Part shown: positions 10,301 to 19,516 of the stretch, piece after piece | Layout: each line of letters begins with the position of its first letter | Position numbering within the stretch: the stretch's first letter is position 1 | Origin: Oligoflexales bacterium | Lineage (GTDB): Bacteria > Bdellovibrionota_B > Oligoflexia > Oligoflexales > Bog-1112 | Length of the DNA: 64,000 bases | Direction: 5' to 3' | Assembly (NCBI GenBank): GCA_045106415.1 | Contig: JBGCEP010000001.1 | Span: 15,522-79,521, forward strand | Position numbers and translations under genes: made by a program | Notes under the pieces: model-generated | What the model was told of the DNA's origin: nothing | Seen by the model: only the letters and a program-made list of their open reading frames with translations | The model's database searches: none

Positions 10301-11450
10301 ACACATGAAAATCAACCTGAAGAGCATCCATTAATGTTGACAGACGAATCCCTTGAGGGGAGGCATGAAACCGAAACTCACCAAGACCTTTTGTTTCAAT
10401 CACTCCATTTATATCAAGGGTATTCTTCCCATCTACAGAAACTTTTAATTGCCTTAGTTTTAATTCATTATCGTAAAAAGATAACCCTCCACTCACGTCA
10501 TGAAGATAAAATCGGTCTAAATACGCATCACTCACATGAAATCGGCCATCAATTGTAAGTTGAGATGCTTCTTGATCTGTTGCTGTTAAAACTTCGACAC
10601 GAGCATCAATTTGAGCTTGACCACGCGTGGTTCCAATATCTAACCAAGACCCTAAAATAGATAAATTGCCGACTCCACGTATATCATTTGCAATCAGAAA
10701 TCCTTGATCTTTACCACCTGTTGTATGTTCTAACTTTCCTTGAACATCCAACCTTGGTGCTTTCAATTCCCACTGCCCTTTCCCTGTCCCATCATAGTGA
10801 ATAAGTCCTTCTGCAGAAACGGAAGCTCCTTCCACCATCGATGCTTCTTCTGTTTGCATATGAAAATGCTCAGACCGTAAAATATACTTTAAACCCTCGG
10901 ATGAAAAAGCCAGTTCTCCAGAAAGTTTTTTTGTTAAAAAAACATACCATTCTCCTTCTTTTCTGTTTTCTTTATCATGTGGAGTTTCAAAGGAGAGCTC
11001 TAAGTGATCAAGATAAATTTTATGAATAGGAAGCAGAATTGGTTTAAAAGGTTCTTCTTTTATAGCGTTTTTTGAAGATGGTGTCTCGTTATCTTGAAGC
11101 AATGGCTTTTGATGATAGCTTACACCATCGATTGTTATATCCAAAAAATGCGGACTTCCCATCGCAAGAGCCCACCAAACGATGGAGACAGAAGATTTTT
11201 CAATAGTGACAATTTTTTCTTTTTCAGAAAAAAGAGACAAATGCGCTACTTCAAACTTAAATGGGAAAAAACGGAAATGAATATTTTTAAATTGAACTCC
11301 TAAACCAATCTGAGGTTCAATTTCTTTGGCGACAATACCTCGAATAACCTGTTCTGTTGGTTGTGAATTCAATATAAAATGAAAAAATGTATGCAAACCT
11401 ATAATTAAGGCGCTGCCAATAAAAAATTTTTTCCATAAACCACGGTTCAT
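7296..11450 (-). CDS. tamB: Translocation and assembly module TamB (AsmA-like, DUF490 C-terminus)
   Basis: 1384 aa with N-terminal TM anchor, beta-rich repeats and C-terminal NLRFRFSFE. Adjacent to the Omp85 gene. Confidence 0.85.
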   Translation of the reverse strand: MNRGLWKKFFIGSALIIGLHTFFHFILNSQPTEQVIRGIVAKEIEPQIGLGVQFKNIHFRFFPFKFEVAHLSLFSEKEKIVTIEKSSVSIVWWALAMGSPHFLDITIDGVSYHQKPLLQDNETPSSKNAIKEEPFKPILLPIHKIYLDHLELSFETPHDKENRKEGEWYVFLTKKLSGELAFSSEGLKYILRSEHFHMQTEEASMVEGASVSAEGLIHYDGTGKGQWELKAPRLDVQGKLEHTTGGKDQGFLIANDIRGVGNLSILGSWLDIGTTRGQAQIDARVEVLTATDQEASQLTIDGRFHVSDAYLDRFYLHDVSGGLSFYDNELKLRQLKVSVDGKNTLDINGVIETKGLGEFRFHASPQGIRLSTLMDALQVDFHVFDANLHQLDDKDVLIHGKMEPFELYASSHLKMKEIDFKEIKKFGLGLAPECDVNLDFHADSSSFQFGETTAQCQTFGAKGHDPDPDSSTYLTLNGLVEYNKKMDVKVQMQDLGPGLFAAYLPAPLSGAGEIDFHVHGNVEHPVRVDGSLKFQDSIISGIDLGSWSSEFSFEEDLLSWRNLKGRWSSGHYDSSVGSLRIKDLWLSGKLNVFHLPEPTYRGLAHWVELPVMASIVSAKLDVKGPLLFPLAMTGKIEASGREVFTEENYFCDDFHFEFQGTKKGWASKSLRFELGTLGVFSQVSLERPAHTLQPFLGPHHSLWERLGLSLASKVKIEAESKKVSGRGRGPTLERLPFLGDFAKKAKLVGQPSFEVNLEGNLLSLQGTMKAKVSELAVNGALSANWQMTGFVEGGHLDLTVQHAGRALNGRMAVELFEPGLPYKWYVRLDRFDMRSGFPEAFHQDPRNFAYLTADWEMKGNLKSWWASEGLLSVEGVQLHYARDLGSENRVLEATNLHPMRIVFSEQGWRTQNHQPLVIAGSGGQVSIQLTNHRPPDHFGIELVSRVELAPVADMSRYVESGSGVIHAKTTLTGPFENLQVRSVIWTEKTDPEVSLSLPFLRPMFRGVMFKAVLDQNILQVQSFKARKGSGFVTASGRVNLGEEGPSSDLDLSFQHAQAIFTVPVLKSFEGTFSGDLHLSGKRPFDVTGQIQVERGRTAHQFDLRDEIAQSVGQQRLRGHEVDADPLFRFDVAVKADKSIYVQNRNLQMILSAELTIQGMNSQPVLNGHVYVNKGKLIYKREFEFIRGDLVFDDTVSSLPTLDVIAVADVAPYQVTIAATGNVADLDVQLTADPPTREDGSVLAPLDIIVLLSKGSLPSGTRSVVGSTASSEALNLVLSQLEQPLETLAELTGQNFFHLYIDTLPDKAGLPVPRLNGTFNLSKNLDVVIRGGQKGWTVSAEMPLHESVSTSMNYSTTEDDVGGDVENAQTGQSVEANLRFRFSFE

Positions 11451-11453
11451 ATA

Positions 11454-12311
11454 TTAGCCACGTCCAGACGGACCTTTTTTGTTTTTCTCAAACACTTTAG
11501 CCACAGGCTCTCTTACTCTTTTTTTCTTTTTTATAGCGATACTTTGATCAATATGATCAGTAGGAATTAATTCTGGAGCCCAGACCTTCGCTTGACACAT
11601 AGATCCCGTTATCAGAGCACCTTCTGCAAGTCTCATTAACGGCCCAGGAAAACCTGCTGATCTCTCAAAAAGCACCTGCATCATATCATCGTGAATCTTA
11701 ATATTTTCAAGATGAGATTGTTTTAGACACCATAATATAGCTTGTTCTACAACTTCAAGAGTCCATGGTGATAATTCATATTTACGATCAATCTGCTCAT
11801 ATGGATTTATTTGTCCAACTAACAACACAGAAAAGCTATGACCACAAAGTTCTTGAATATCTCTGAGAACATTTAAATCATCAGATCTCTGTAAACGCTC
11901 CACACCATCCAATAGGAGCAAAAGATGTCGCCCTTCTTCATGAAGTTGCTCAATACCCTGTTGAACAATTTGTAATTGAATATCAGGATCTCTCCAGCTT
12001 TCTTCATCACCACCAAAAAAACGGGCTAAACTCCCCATAAGCCACAAAGGGTCTGTTTCCCACCCTGTCACAATTGATACCGACACATCCCACTCATGAG
12101 GGTAACAATGATAAATTTCACGCACAAAACTTGTTTTACCAGATCCAGATTCACCCACAACAGATATGACACGCCCAGAAACAGAAGTCCACTGTAGGAT
12201 TTCATCAAATAAATTTCTTAGCTCTGAAGACCAAAAAAGGCTTCCTGGAGCACGTTCGTTTACAAAAACAGGAGATTGAGCACCCCAATATTCGTAATAA
12301 CGTTTTTTCAT
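11454..12311 (-). CDS. ExeA/GspA-like AAA ATPase
   Basis: Walker A GESGSGKT, Walker B LLLLDG, VLLVGQ, SAGFPGPL...AL. Confidence 0.75.
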   Translation of the reverse strand: MKKRYYEYWGAQSPVFVNERAPGSLFWSSELRNLFDEILQWTSVSGRVISVVGESGSGKTSFVREIYHCYPHEWDVSVSIVTGWETDPLWLMGSLARFFGGDEESWRDPDIQLQIVQQGIEQLHEEGRHLLLLLDGVERLQRSDDLNVLRDIQELCGHSFSVLLVGQINPYEQIDRKYELSPWTLEVVEQAILWCLKQSHLENIKIHDDMMQVLFERSAGFPGPLMRLAEGALITGSMCQAKVWAPELIPTDHIDQSIAIKKKKRVREPVAKVFEKNKKGPSGRG

Positions 12312-12312
12312 A

Positions 12313-13251
12313 TCATGACTTCCAGTTCCAGCTTCGTTTCATCCTTGAGTAAACACCATCTACTGCCATTAGAGATCTTTCTGCTTCTGTTGAGCGACCT
12401 TGAGCAAAAAATATTTTAGCTTGTGCGACAGCACATGATTCAGTTTGAACTCCACGATTAAGTAATGTTAAAAGTAATTCTTGCGCTTTACTCAACTCAC
12501 CTAAAACTAATAAACATTGAACAAGATCAAATAAAACTGCCGTTGTATGATTAAAAGAAACAAAAGCGTTCTTAAAAAGTTTTAAAGCGACTTCAGGAGA
12601 CCCAGCTTTGATGTAATGTTCTCCGAGAACAATCAAAAGACCTAAATGGCTCGGATTCTGACTGACACACTGAAGCAATAACTTTTCGGCCGTTGCAAAT
12701 TGATTTTTACGCCTTAATAAAGCAGCGTAAGGAGGAACAATAATATCCAACAATACTTGCTCTTTAATAAACTTTAAAAAAACAGCCTCAATCTGGTCAT
12801 AATTGCGCGGCTTCCAATTTTGATACATCATTTGTCGCAAATTAAGGTACGGCTTTACGTCCCACATTTGAATCAAACTCTTAAATGCAGGGTGAAATCG
12901 CGCTGGAGTCAACGGCATAGGAAGCACAACCCCTGAACTTAACATCGACTTTAAAGCTTTTTCTTCAAATATATGGTGTTGAAGAAAAAAAGCTAAAACT
13001 GGAAGAGTTCTTCCAAATGGGTCTGACAACAACCTTCTGGCAATATAACTCGCTGGAAGCTCAATCTGATCTAGAATAATAACAAGAGAAACCTCCCCCA
13101 TACGGGCCAGACGAGAAACCTCAGTAACGGAATCGGTCACACTATGCACAGACCAACCCATAGGCCTAAGAAGCTCTCTTAAAAGCATATAAGAACTTGA
13201 ATTATGACTCACCAAGACAGCTGAAGGAGCTGACCATGTCGACGGATTCAT
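12313..13251 (-). CDS. Receiver-like domain plus TPR repeats
   Basis: N-terminal REC-like pattern (LVIILD, ...PLTP) lacking the acidic pocket. C-terminal TPR helices (LGEHYIKAGSPEVALKLF; AKIFFAQGRSTEA). Confidence 0.65.
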   Translation of the reverse strand: MNPSTWSAPSAVLVSHNSSSYMLLRELLRPMGWSVHSVTDSVTEVSRLARMGEVSLVIILDQIELPASYIARRLLSDPFGRTLPVLAFFLQHHIFEEKALKSMLSSGVVLPMPLTPARFHPAFKSLIQMWDVKPYLNLRQMMYQNWKPRNYDQIEAVFLKFIKEQVLLDIIVPPYAALLRRKNQFATAEKLLLQCVSQNPSHLGLLIVLGEHYIKAGSPEVALKLFKNAFVSFNHTTAVLFDLVQCLLVLGELSKAQELLLTLLNRGVQTESCAVAQAKIFFAQGRSTEAERSLMAVDGVYSRMKRSWNWKS

Positions 13252-13343
13252 ATCCCCACCTAGATATTCTCTCCGTGAATCGTAACATCACAAGACCTTT
13301 ACCGCGTTCGGCAAATATCGTTACATAGAGGTTTAATCTTTCA

Positions 13344-14483
13344 TTAAAGTTTCTCAAAGAGCTCAATCGCTTCTGTGACAGCTTGAAAAGAACCACAAAC
13401 TGCAAATTCTTTAATTCCTTGCCTCTCGAGCAGAGCCCACTGCTCAGAAAAATTTGCCTTATAGTTTTTTCGGGTGCAACGTGCAGACCGCGTTGAAAAT
13501 GGCAATAAAAATGATGCCACTTGTTTTAACGATTCTAAAATTCCTGCTTCATCTTTATCATCTAAAATCGAATATAGCACAGGGATTTTATGTGTTTTAT
13601 TTTTTAAATAATCAGCAAACACCTTAGCTGCAGCAGGATTATGACAAACATCAATCCAAATTTTTCTTCCATTCCTTTGAAGTTTCTCACACCTTCCACG
13701 ATAAAAACTAGCAGATGTCGATGCTTCAAATTGATCAGAACACACTGTATAACCCAATAGTTCAACAGCATGACAAGCCAAATCATAACTTTTTTGCAGA
13801 TGCACAGGAAGCGTTAAAACAGAAGGTGGTTTTAAATATACGTCTGTATGAATCAAATCAAAACCAATACGGCGTCTTTCTTGCTCAAGCACTTCATTAA
13901 GCTCAGCCTTTTTTTCACCCCACAAAAGTGGTTTTTCAAGGCGTGCAATTCCAAGCTTTTCTTTTGCAATATCAGCAATATGATTCCCTAACCATTCTTG
14001 ATGATCTAAATCGATCGAAGTCACTATTGATATATCTGCATCTAAAGCGTTTGTCGCATCAAGCCTCCCCCCTAACCCCACTTCCCACACAACGACTTCA
14101 CAGCCACTATTTTTAAATAACCCCATACCAATAAGTACAGAAACTTCGAAAAAAGAAAGTTCTTCATAAACATGATCTGGAAGAGATTTTTTAAGTTCTT
14201 TCCACACATTCTCGACTTCTGAAATCGTAATCACCTCATTATTCACTTGAAATCGTTCCGAAAAACATGACAAATGAGGTGAAGTGAAAATTCCTATCCG
14301 AGCCTGAGACTGTAGTAATTTCCATAAGTAAGAGACAACAGTTCCTTTACCATTCGTACCTGCTACTAATATATTTATATGCTCATTAGGTTTCCACCAT
14401 TTTAGCGCTTCACGCACAGTTTCTATCCCTGGGCGTATATGCGTTGAACGTTTTGAAAAAAGATCTTCGACCCATGAAGACAT
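13344..14483 (-). CDS. folC: Dihydrofolate/folylpolyglutamate synthase
   Basis: VAGTNGKGTV, FTSPHL, EVGLGGRLDATN, DLDH, DVCHNP. Confidence 0.92.
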   Translation of the reverse strand: MSSWVEDLFSKRSTHIRPGIETVREALKWWKPNEHINILVAGTNGKGTVVSYLWKLLQSQARIGIFTSPHLSCFSERFQVNNEVITISEVENVWKELKKSLPDHVYEELSFFEVSVLIGMGLFKNSGCEVVVWEVGLGGRLDATNALDADISIVTSIDLDHQEWLGNHIADIAKEKLGIARLEKPLLWGEKKAELNEVLEQERRRIGFDLIHTDVYLKPPSVLTLPVHLQKSYDLACHAVELLGYTVCSDQFEASTSASFYRGRCEKLQRNGRKIWIDVCHNPAAAKVFADYLKNKTHKIPVLYSILDDKDEAGILESLKQVASFLLPFSTRSARCTRKNYKANFSEQWALLERQGIKEFAVCGSFQAVTEAIELFEKL

Positions 14484-14677
14484 CTCACACCTCACCAGTT
14501 AAGATGCCATTCTTTTAACAAAAACAAAAAGAACCGGATAGTTTCTTATGACGAATTTAAAAAAACATAAACTCTATTCTACTTGTACAGGAAAACTCTC
14601 AAGGTACATTAGCATCCATTTTCTCAGAGGATCTGGAACTTGATCATGACTATTTGGCATAAGAGAACCATTGCACA

Positions 14678-15665
14678 TATAACATTGGCTACACTTATTT
14701 ACTCAACACCTTCATAGCCACACAAACAGCATCATAAATAGAGTCACATCCATCTATGAGAATTTTTCGTATTTTTGTTTTAACTTGATGCCACTTGTGT
14801 TCGATAGGATTGAGATCTGGACTATATGGGGGGGGAAGATATAGAACTTCTGCTCCATAATCTTGAGATATTTGAACTATATCTGAGGACTTATGAAATG
14901 AAGTATTATCAAACACAATAACTGTATTTCCATCCAAATGTGGGATTAAAACCTTCTCAAGATACGCATTGAAAACCTCTGCTGTACAACTTCCTTTAAA
15001 TACAAATGGAGCAATAATTTCGTTATGGTTGTTGAGTGATCCAATGATATTAACAGCTTTATGTTGTGAACTTTCTTTTAAACCATGGAGCCTGGAACTT
15101 TTATGACTCCATCCATGTTGACAGGATTCATTTTTCTTAACGCCACACTCATCGAGATAAATAATGTTTTTATCACTTTTATTATTTATTTCCTTTTGAA
15201 AGTCACTCCGATTTTTATCGCAGCGATTTTTGTATCCAAATGTTTTTTTATTTGTAAAACCGATAAGCCGCAAGTATCGACGAATACTCCGTGGAGAAAT
15301 ATCCCCCCCAAGCTTGAGCCATTTCTTCGGAACTTCTATCAGGTTTTTCTTCTACAAATTTTTCCAAGTCTTGAATTTTACCTGGTCTCTATTTACGTTT
15401 CCGTGGTTTCAGAGAGCCAGTCTCTGTCATTTTCTTTTTCCAATTATAGATTGTTTTACGAGCGATATTGATAGCCAGATTCTATCGCATCAATCACTTT
15501 ACTCTGCAAGTCTAATGAGTATAACTTAGGAGTGTTAATTCCAAACATTTGATAAAACTAGGAATAACATACTAAACTTATAAGATAAAATCACGTCTCT
15601 CGAATTCAAGTTATAAGGGGAATAGACCCACTCTGGGTGAGCAAATAAAATCAGCCAATGCTATA
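14678..15665 (-). mobile_element. IS630-family insertion sequence, degenerate
   Basis: Imperfect 28-bp terminal IRs TATAACATTGGCTACACTTATTTACTCA / TATAGCATTGGCTGATTTTATTTGCTCA (22/28) beginning with TA, enclosing a DDE transposase. Confidence 0.88.
14695..15530 (-). pseudogene. IS630 transposase pseudogene
   Basis: DDE part is open (YLDECG, FDNTSFHKS, YSPDLNPIEHKW). The HTH part PKLYSLDLQSKVIDAIESG / NIARKTIYNW is broken by frameshifts, an in-frame TAG and a G7 slip. Confidence 0.85.
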
Positions 15666-15760
15666 TCACAATAAATGACCGACGCTGTTAATGTTCTGCA
15701 AGTCATCGCCCGTGGCAACATCTTTATATAAAACGTTAAATTTCAAACCGAATCAGTATA
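15666..15760 (-). repeat. 95-bp dispersed repeat, copy A (probable left end of a second IS630-like element)
   Basis: 81/95 identical and ungapped to the reverse complement of 63895-63989. Begins TATACTGAT on the minus strand. Confidence 0.85.
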
Positions 15761-16009
15761 GTAGGGATTTATCTTTCTTTTATTTGCAAATTTTTTAGGT
15801 CAATATGGAATAAAGATAACTCTAGGGTCGTTTTTTAAATCCAGCTGAAAACATAGGGGTATAGAGGCGGTACTCATGAAACTTGTTAAGTTTTGAGTAT
15901 TGTTTGAGTGAAGGTCACTTGATCGCAATGAGAGCAGCCTATATGTTAGCCTTTTCGAAATTTCTAAAGATATGAAGAGTGATTCAAAAATGTCAGAAAC
16001 TTTAAAAGC

Positions 16010-16900
16010 ATGGATGAACAAATGAACTGTGATGTTTCGTGCTCTCAGCAGAATCAAGCACAAGTATTGGCAGGGAGTGCTCCCTCTCAAAAAAGACAAT
16101 GGTTTATTGAAATACCTCAGCCGTGGCCGAGACAGGTTTTAGCAAGCTCTTATTTGCATGCTCAGGTTTTACTAGCCTTGCAGCACGCTGTTCGTTCTAA
16201 GATCTCAGTATATGGATTTTGCGGAGAAAAAACTCGTGTTGGTGCTAAAAAAATAAGACTTATAGATGCATGGAGTGAGGGAAATGGAGAAGGAAAGCAT
16301 CAGCATTATGAGATTTCAGCTCAGGAATCTGTAGAGTGGTTTCAAAGTCTTCTTCATAATCCAGAGGGAGTGGCGTCTTATCGGAAGGACCAAGTGGGTC
16401 GAGATGTTTTTATTTGTACACATGGCCAAAGAGACCAATGCTGTGGAGTTTTAGGTGAAGAAGTATATGTTAAATATAGCCATTTAGCTTCAAATGATCT
16501 AAGGATTTGGAAGGTGAGCCATCTCGGTGGTCATCGTTTTGCTCCTACATGGTTGGAATTACCAGAAAAATTGTGGTGGGGACGAAGTGATTTTGACGCA
16601 GTTGTGACTCGGACTGGGCAACCGTGGAAGTCTTTACGAGGACGTTCAATGTTATCTCCTCGAGCTCAAATTTTAGAAAGAATGATGCTAGAACAATACG
16701 GATGGCCTTGGCTGGATGTTGCAAAAAATGCTTCTTATCAAGAAAGTGGAAATGATATTGAAGTCACAGCTCCAGGATTGAAAGCGTATGCAGAAATTTT
16801 ATGTCTTGAAAGTTTTCAACCTGTGAGTTGTGGGCAGGCTGCAAAAAGCGTCAAAGAGTACGAAATTGTAGAGTGTCAAATAGGGAGTTTTGAAGTTTGA
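16010..16900 (+). CDS. Sucrase/ferredoxin-like (thioredoxin-like 2Fe-2S) protein
   Basis: ICTHGQRDQCCG and WKVSHLGGHRFAPT motifs. Confidence 0.85.
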   Translation: MDEQMNCDVSCSQQNQAQVLAGSAPSQKRQWFIEIPQPWPRQVLASSYLHAQVLLALQHAVRSKISVYGFCGEKTRVGAKKIRLIDAWSEGNGEGKHQHYEISAQESVEWFQSLLHNPEGVASYRKDQVGRDVFICTHGQRDQCCGVLGEEVYVKYSHLASNDLRIWKVSHLGGHRFAPTWLELPEKLWWGRSDFDAVVTRTGQPWKSLRGRSMLSPRAQILERMMLEQYGWPWLDVAKNASYQESGNDIEVTAPGLKAYAEILCLESFQPVSCGQAAKSVKEYEIVECQIGSFEV

Positions 16901-16935
16901 TTTTTTAATAAAATTAATCGGTTATAGATTTTTGT

Positions 16936-16962
16936 TAAAATTCCTGGAAGAAGCGCCGAAAT
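16936..16962 (+). promoter_or_regulatory. Sigma28 (FliA)-like promoter
   Basis: TAAA-N15-GCCGAAAT versus consensus TAAA-N15-GCCGATAA. Confidence 0.6.
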
Positions 16963-16968
16963 GCAAAT

Positions 16969-17117
16969 CGGGGTTGGCTCTTATCGCTCGGGTGCGGGAC
17001 AGAGCCAAGGGAGTTTGTGTAGAACAACCTAATCTGTGAAACAGAACACGCGTCGTGAGCCTGTTCAACAGCCGCGAGATCACCTAAAAATATTCGCAGA
17101 TCACCCCCCGTTTTTTT
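16969..17117 (+). ncRNA. Candidate structured RNA or 5' leader
   Basis: GC-rich multi-hairpin stretch closed by CGGGG/CCCCG and followed by T7, directly after the sigma28-like promoter. Confidence 0.4.
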
Positions 17118-17135
17118 GCATGATAGAGGTTTTTT

Positions 17136-17354
17136 ATGAAGTTACCAGGTCTTATTGATACAGTAAGAGAGTTCTCTCTTAATGATCATGAACGTGTTTT
17201 GAAAAGTGCTCTCCGAGGTGAAAAAGAAGGGGTAGCGCCACCTATGAGGGATCCAGATCCAGCATTTAAGCTTGAATTATCAAATCATGCAGCAGAACAT
17301 CATGATGTTTCTGCGACGGAAACTCTAGATGATATTGGTCTTGATGTGGAATAG
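17136..17354 (+). CDS. Small acidic hypothetical protein
   Basis: 72 aa with a GAGG SD. Confidence 0.65.
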   Translation: MKLPGLIDTVREFSLNDHERVLKSALRGEKEGVAPPMRDPDPAFKLELSNHAAEHHDVSATETLDDIGLDVE

Positions 17355-17752
17355 ATAATTTCCATTTTACTGGAAACTTATTTAACGCAAAGTGAATGCG
17401 TATATGTAAAGTTCTTGTCACTGTAAAGTTCTCGTTTTTTTTATTGTTGCAATGGATTCAATGCTTGGGTTTAAAGATTTCATGCCTCCTAGAGTGTGAA
17501 ATTTATTTTCTCATTGTTTAATTTTATGCATATAGCATGAGATGCTTTTATTTGCGTATTAAGAATTTCGAGAAGTTAATAAATACTTATTTTAAAGAAA
17601 TATCTGATAGATATGAGTTTGTAGGTAAGACTATGGCTTTCTATATCAATCAATAGATATTAAGTTTCATAGTTTGTTTTTTTAAAAATGAATGATTTTC
17701 ATTTTTAAAAAGAATAGCGTAGGATACCTCCATAGATTTTTTGAGGTCCCGT

Positions 17753-18709
17753 ATGAAAATTTTTTTTCTTGTTTTTTTTCTTGTTTTTTCGAGTATAGTC
17801 CAAGCTGATGAAGGAGAATATTCTCCAGGCAGAAGTAAAAGTTTACTGACCGCTATTCAAAATCAACGGCACCATGAGATACGAAAACTTCTTCAGCCCG
17901 CGTTGCTAAGAAGGCCTGCGGATCCTAACTTTTCAATGTATAATTATGAGCAAGAATTTCAGGCGTTTCATGCAACTCCGCTGTTATTGGCTGCGCAAAA
18001 TTCAGATAGAGAATCAGTTGAGATTTTATTGGCTGCAGGTGCTGTTCCTGTGATTTTCGATATAAGGTCACATATTTTATTTTCGCTTCTTAAAAAGAAA
18101 AATATGGAAAGCATTCAAGTTGAAATCTTGAGGCGTTTGTACCCTTTTTTAAAGAATAAATATCATGATGAAGCATGGATTTTAGGGAAATCAGCACAAG
18201 CTCCGGGAACACTCATAAACTTTGCTTTGCGTAAGAAAAAATTTGTGTTTGTGCAGGTTTTACTTGAATTGGAGGATCGTTATGTCGCCTCCAGTGATGA
18301 TATACAAATAGCTGTTCTAGGCGGAGCCCCAGCTTATATTGTTGAAAAACTTTCTTTAAGGCAAGAGAATCAAGATCCAGTTGATGTATCAGTTTTTTCG
18401 TGGCTTTTAAATAACCGAACCGCAACTCCGGGAGAAATAGAGCGCTCTCTTAAAGTTTTACAGATTTTAACGAGACATAATGCTGAATTGTTGCCTCACA
18501 CTGTGGAAAGTCAGTCTTCAATTGCGATGTTTGCGGCAGTTATGAGTTCGGATGATACGTTTCGATGGCTTCTTCAGTTTATAGATGACGGTGTTGAGGG
18601 AGGTTGGTGGCCAGCACAAATGGTGTTGAAAGTTTTAAAACAACAAGAAAGAACTCAACTCACTCAAGAATATTCAAAAGTGTTGGCTGAAAAAGGTTTG
18701 AAAAAATGA
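17753..18709 (+). CDS. Secreted ankyrin-repeat protein
   Basis: Signal peptide MKIFFLVFFLVFSSIVQA; ankyrin motif TPLLLAAQNSDRESVEILLAAGA. Confidence 0.7.
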   Translation: MKIFFLVFFLVFSSIVQADEGEYSPGRSKSLLTAIQNQRHHEIRKLLQPALLRRPADPNFSMYNYEQEFQAFHATPLLLAAQNSDRESVEILLAAGAVPVIFDIRSHILFSLLKKKNMESIQVEILRRLYPFLKNKYHDEAWILGKSAQAPGTLINFALRKKKFVFVQVLLELEDRYVASSDDIQIAVLGGAPAYIVEKLSLRQENQDPVDVSVFSWLLNNRTATPGEIERSLKVLQILTRHNAELLPHTVESQSSIAMFAAVMSSDDTFRWLLQFIDDGVEGGWWPAQMVLKVLKQQERTQLTQEYSKVLAEKGLKK

Positions 18710-19380
18710 AAATGAAATCGAGTCATATTGGTGATCTTGAAATACTAGAGTGTGGTGAGGGTGAAAACTGTATTGTGATTTTTCATGGATATGGAGCTTC
18801 GTCTGAAGATTTAGCGGCACTTGCTCAGATGAGTGGTCTAAAAAATACCCGTTGGATTTTTCCAAACGGCTGTTTAGCTGCTCCGGGTGGTTTTGGGCGA
18901 GCTTGGTTTCCGATTGATGCAAATAGAATGCTGGAGATTCAATCGTCAGCACAGAAATGGTTTTCTTCTAGACCGGTTGGTTTGGATATGGCTCGAGATA
19001 AGGCGCTTCAGTTTTTGAGCCATCTGAACCACCCCTTAGAACGTTTGGTGCTAGGAGGTTTTAGCCAAGGGGCTATGCTTGCATGTGATTTAGCTTTTAC
19101 TTTGCCTCCAGTGCAAGGGCTTGCTGTTTTATCTGGCTCTGTTCTTGATCGAGCAAATTGGTCCGTCTCGGCAGGATCTCGTCAAGGAGGAAATTATTGG
19201 CAAAGTCATGGGCGATTGGATGAAGTGCTTCCTTATCAAGGTGCTGAGCAGCTTCACCAGCTTCTTGTTGATGCTGGCTGGAAAGGGGAATTTAAAAGTT
19301 TTGACGGAGGGCATGAGATCCCGCCGCAACAACTTCAGCAATTTTTTGAGACACTCAAAAAATGGTTTGTTAAGAACTGA
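18706..19380 (+). CDS. Phospholipase/carboxylesterase (alpha/beta hydrolase)
   Basis: FHGYGA, RAWF, GGFSQGA nucleophile, HGRLDEVL, GGHEI. Confidence 0.9.
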   Translation: MKMKSSHIGDLEILECGEGENCIVIFHGYGASSEDLAALAQMSGLKNTRWIFPNGCLAAPGGFGRAWFPIDANRMLEIQSSAQKWFSSRPVGLDMARDKALQFLSHLNHPLERLVLGGFSQGAMLACDLAFTLPPVQGLAVLSGSVLDRANWSVSAGSRQGGNYWQSHGRLDEVLPYQGAEQLHQLLVDAGWKGEFKSFDGGHEIPPQQLQQFFETLKKWFVKN

Positions 19381-19448
19381 TTTGTTGTAATGTCAAGATT
19401 TAATCTTAACACTACTTTTAATAAAATTAGATGCATAGGCGAAAATCT

Positions 19449-19475
19449 TAACCCTTGCGCAGTTTTATCCGAAAA
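19449..19475 (+). promoter_or_regulatory. Sigma28-like promoter of the Hint-pilin gene
   Basis: TAAC-N15-TCCGAAAA. Confidence 0.45.
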
Positions 19476-19516
19476 CTTCCTATGACCCCTCATTTACGAG
19501 GTCGTAGGAGAAAGTT

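Noticed and set aside
237..13900. Many 60-140 aa ORFs antisense to or nested in long genes (also throughout the window)
   Set aside because: Shadow ORFs of well-supported genes, with no motifs or SD.
16969..17117. c-di-GMP-I riboswitch
   Set aside because: Has GAAA-loop and CCTAA-like pieces but lacks the GGCAAA/GACGCAAA core in the right order.
14500..17740. oriC call at the skew switch
   Set aside because: No TTATCCACA-type box cluster or dnaA/dnaN seen. Left as an alternative in the findings only.
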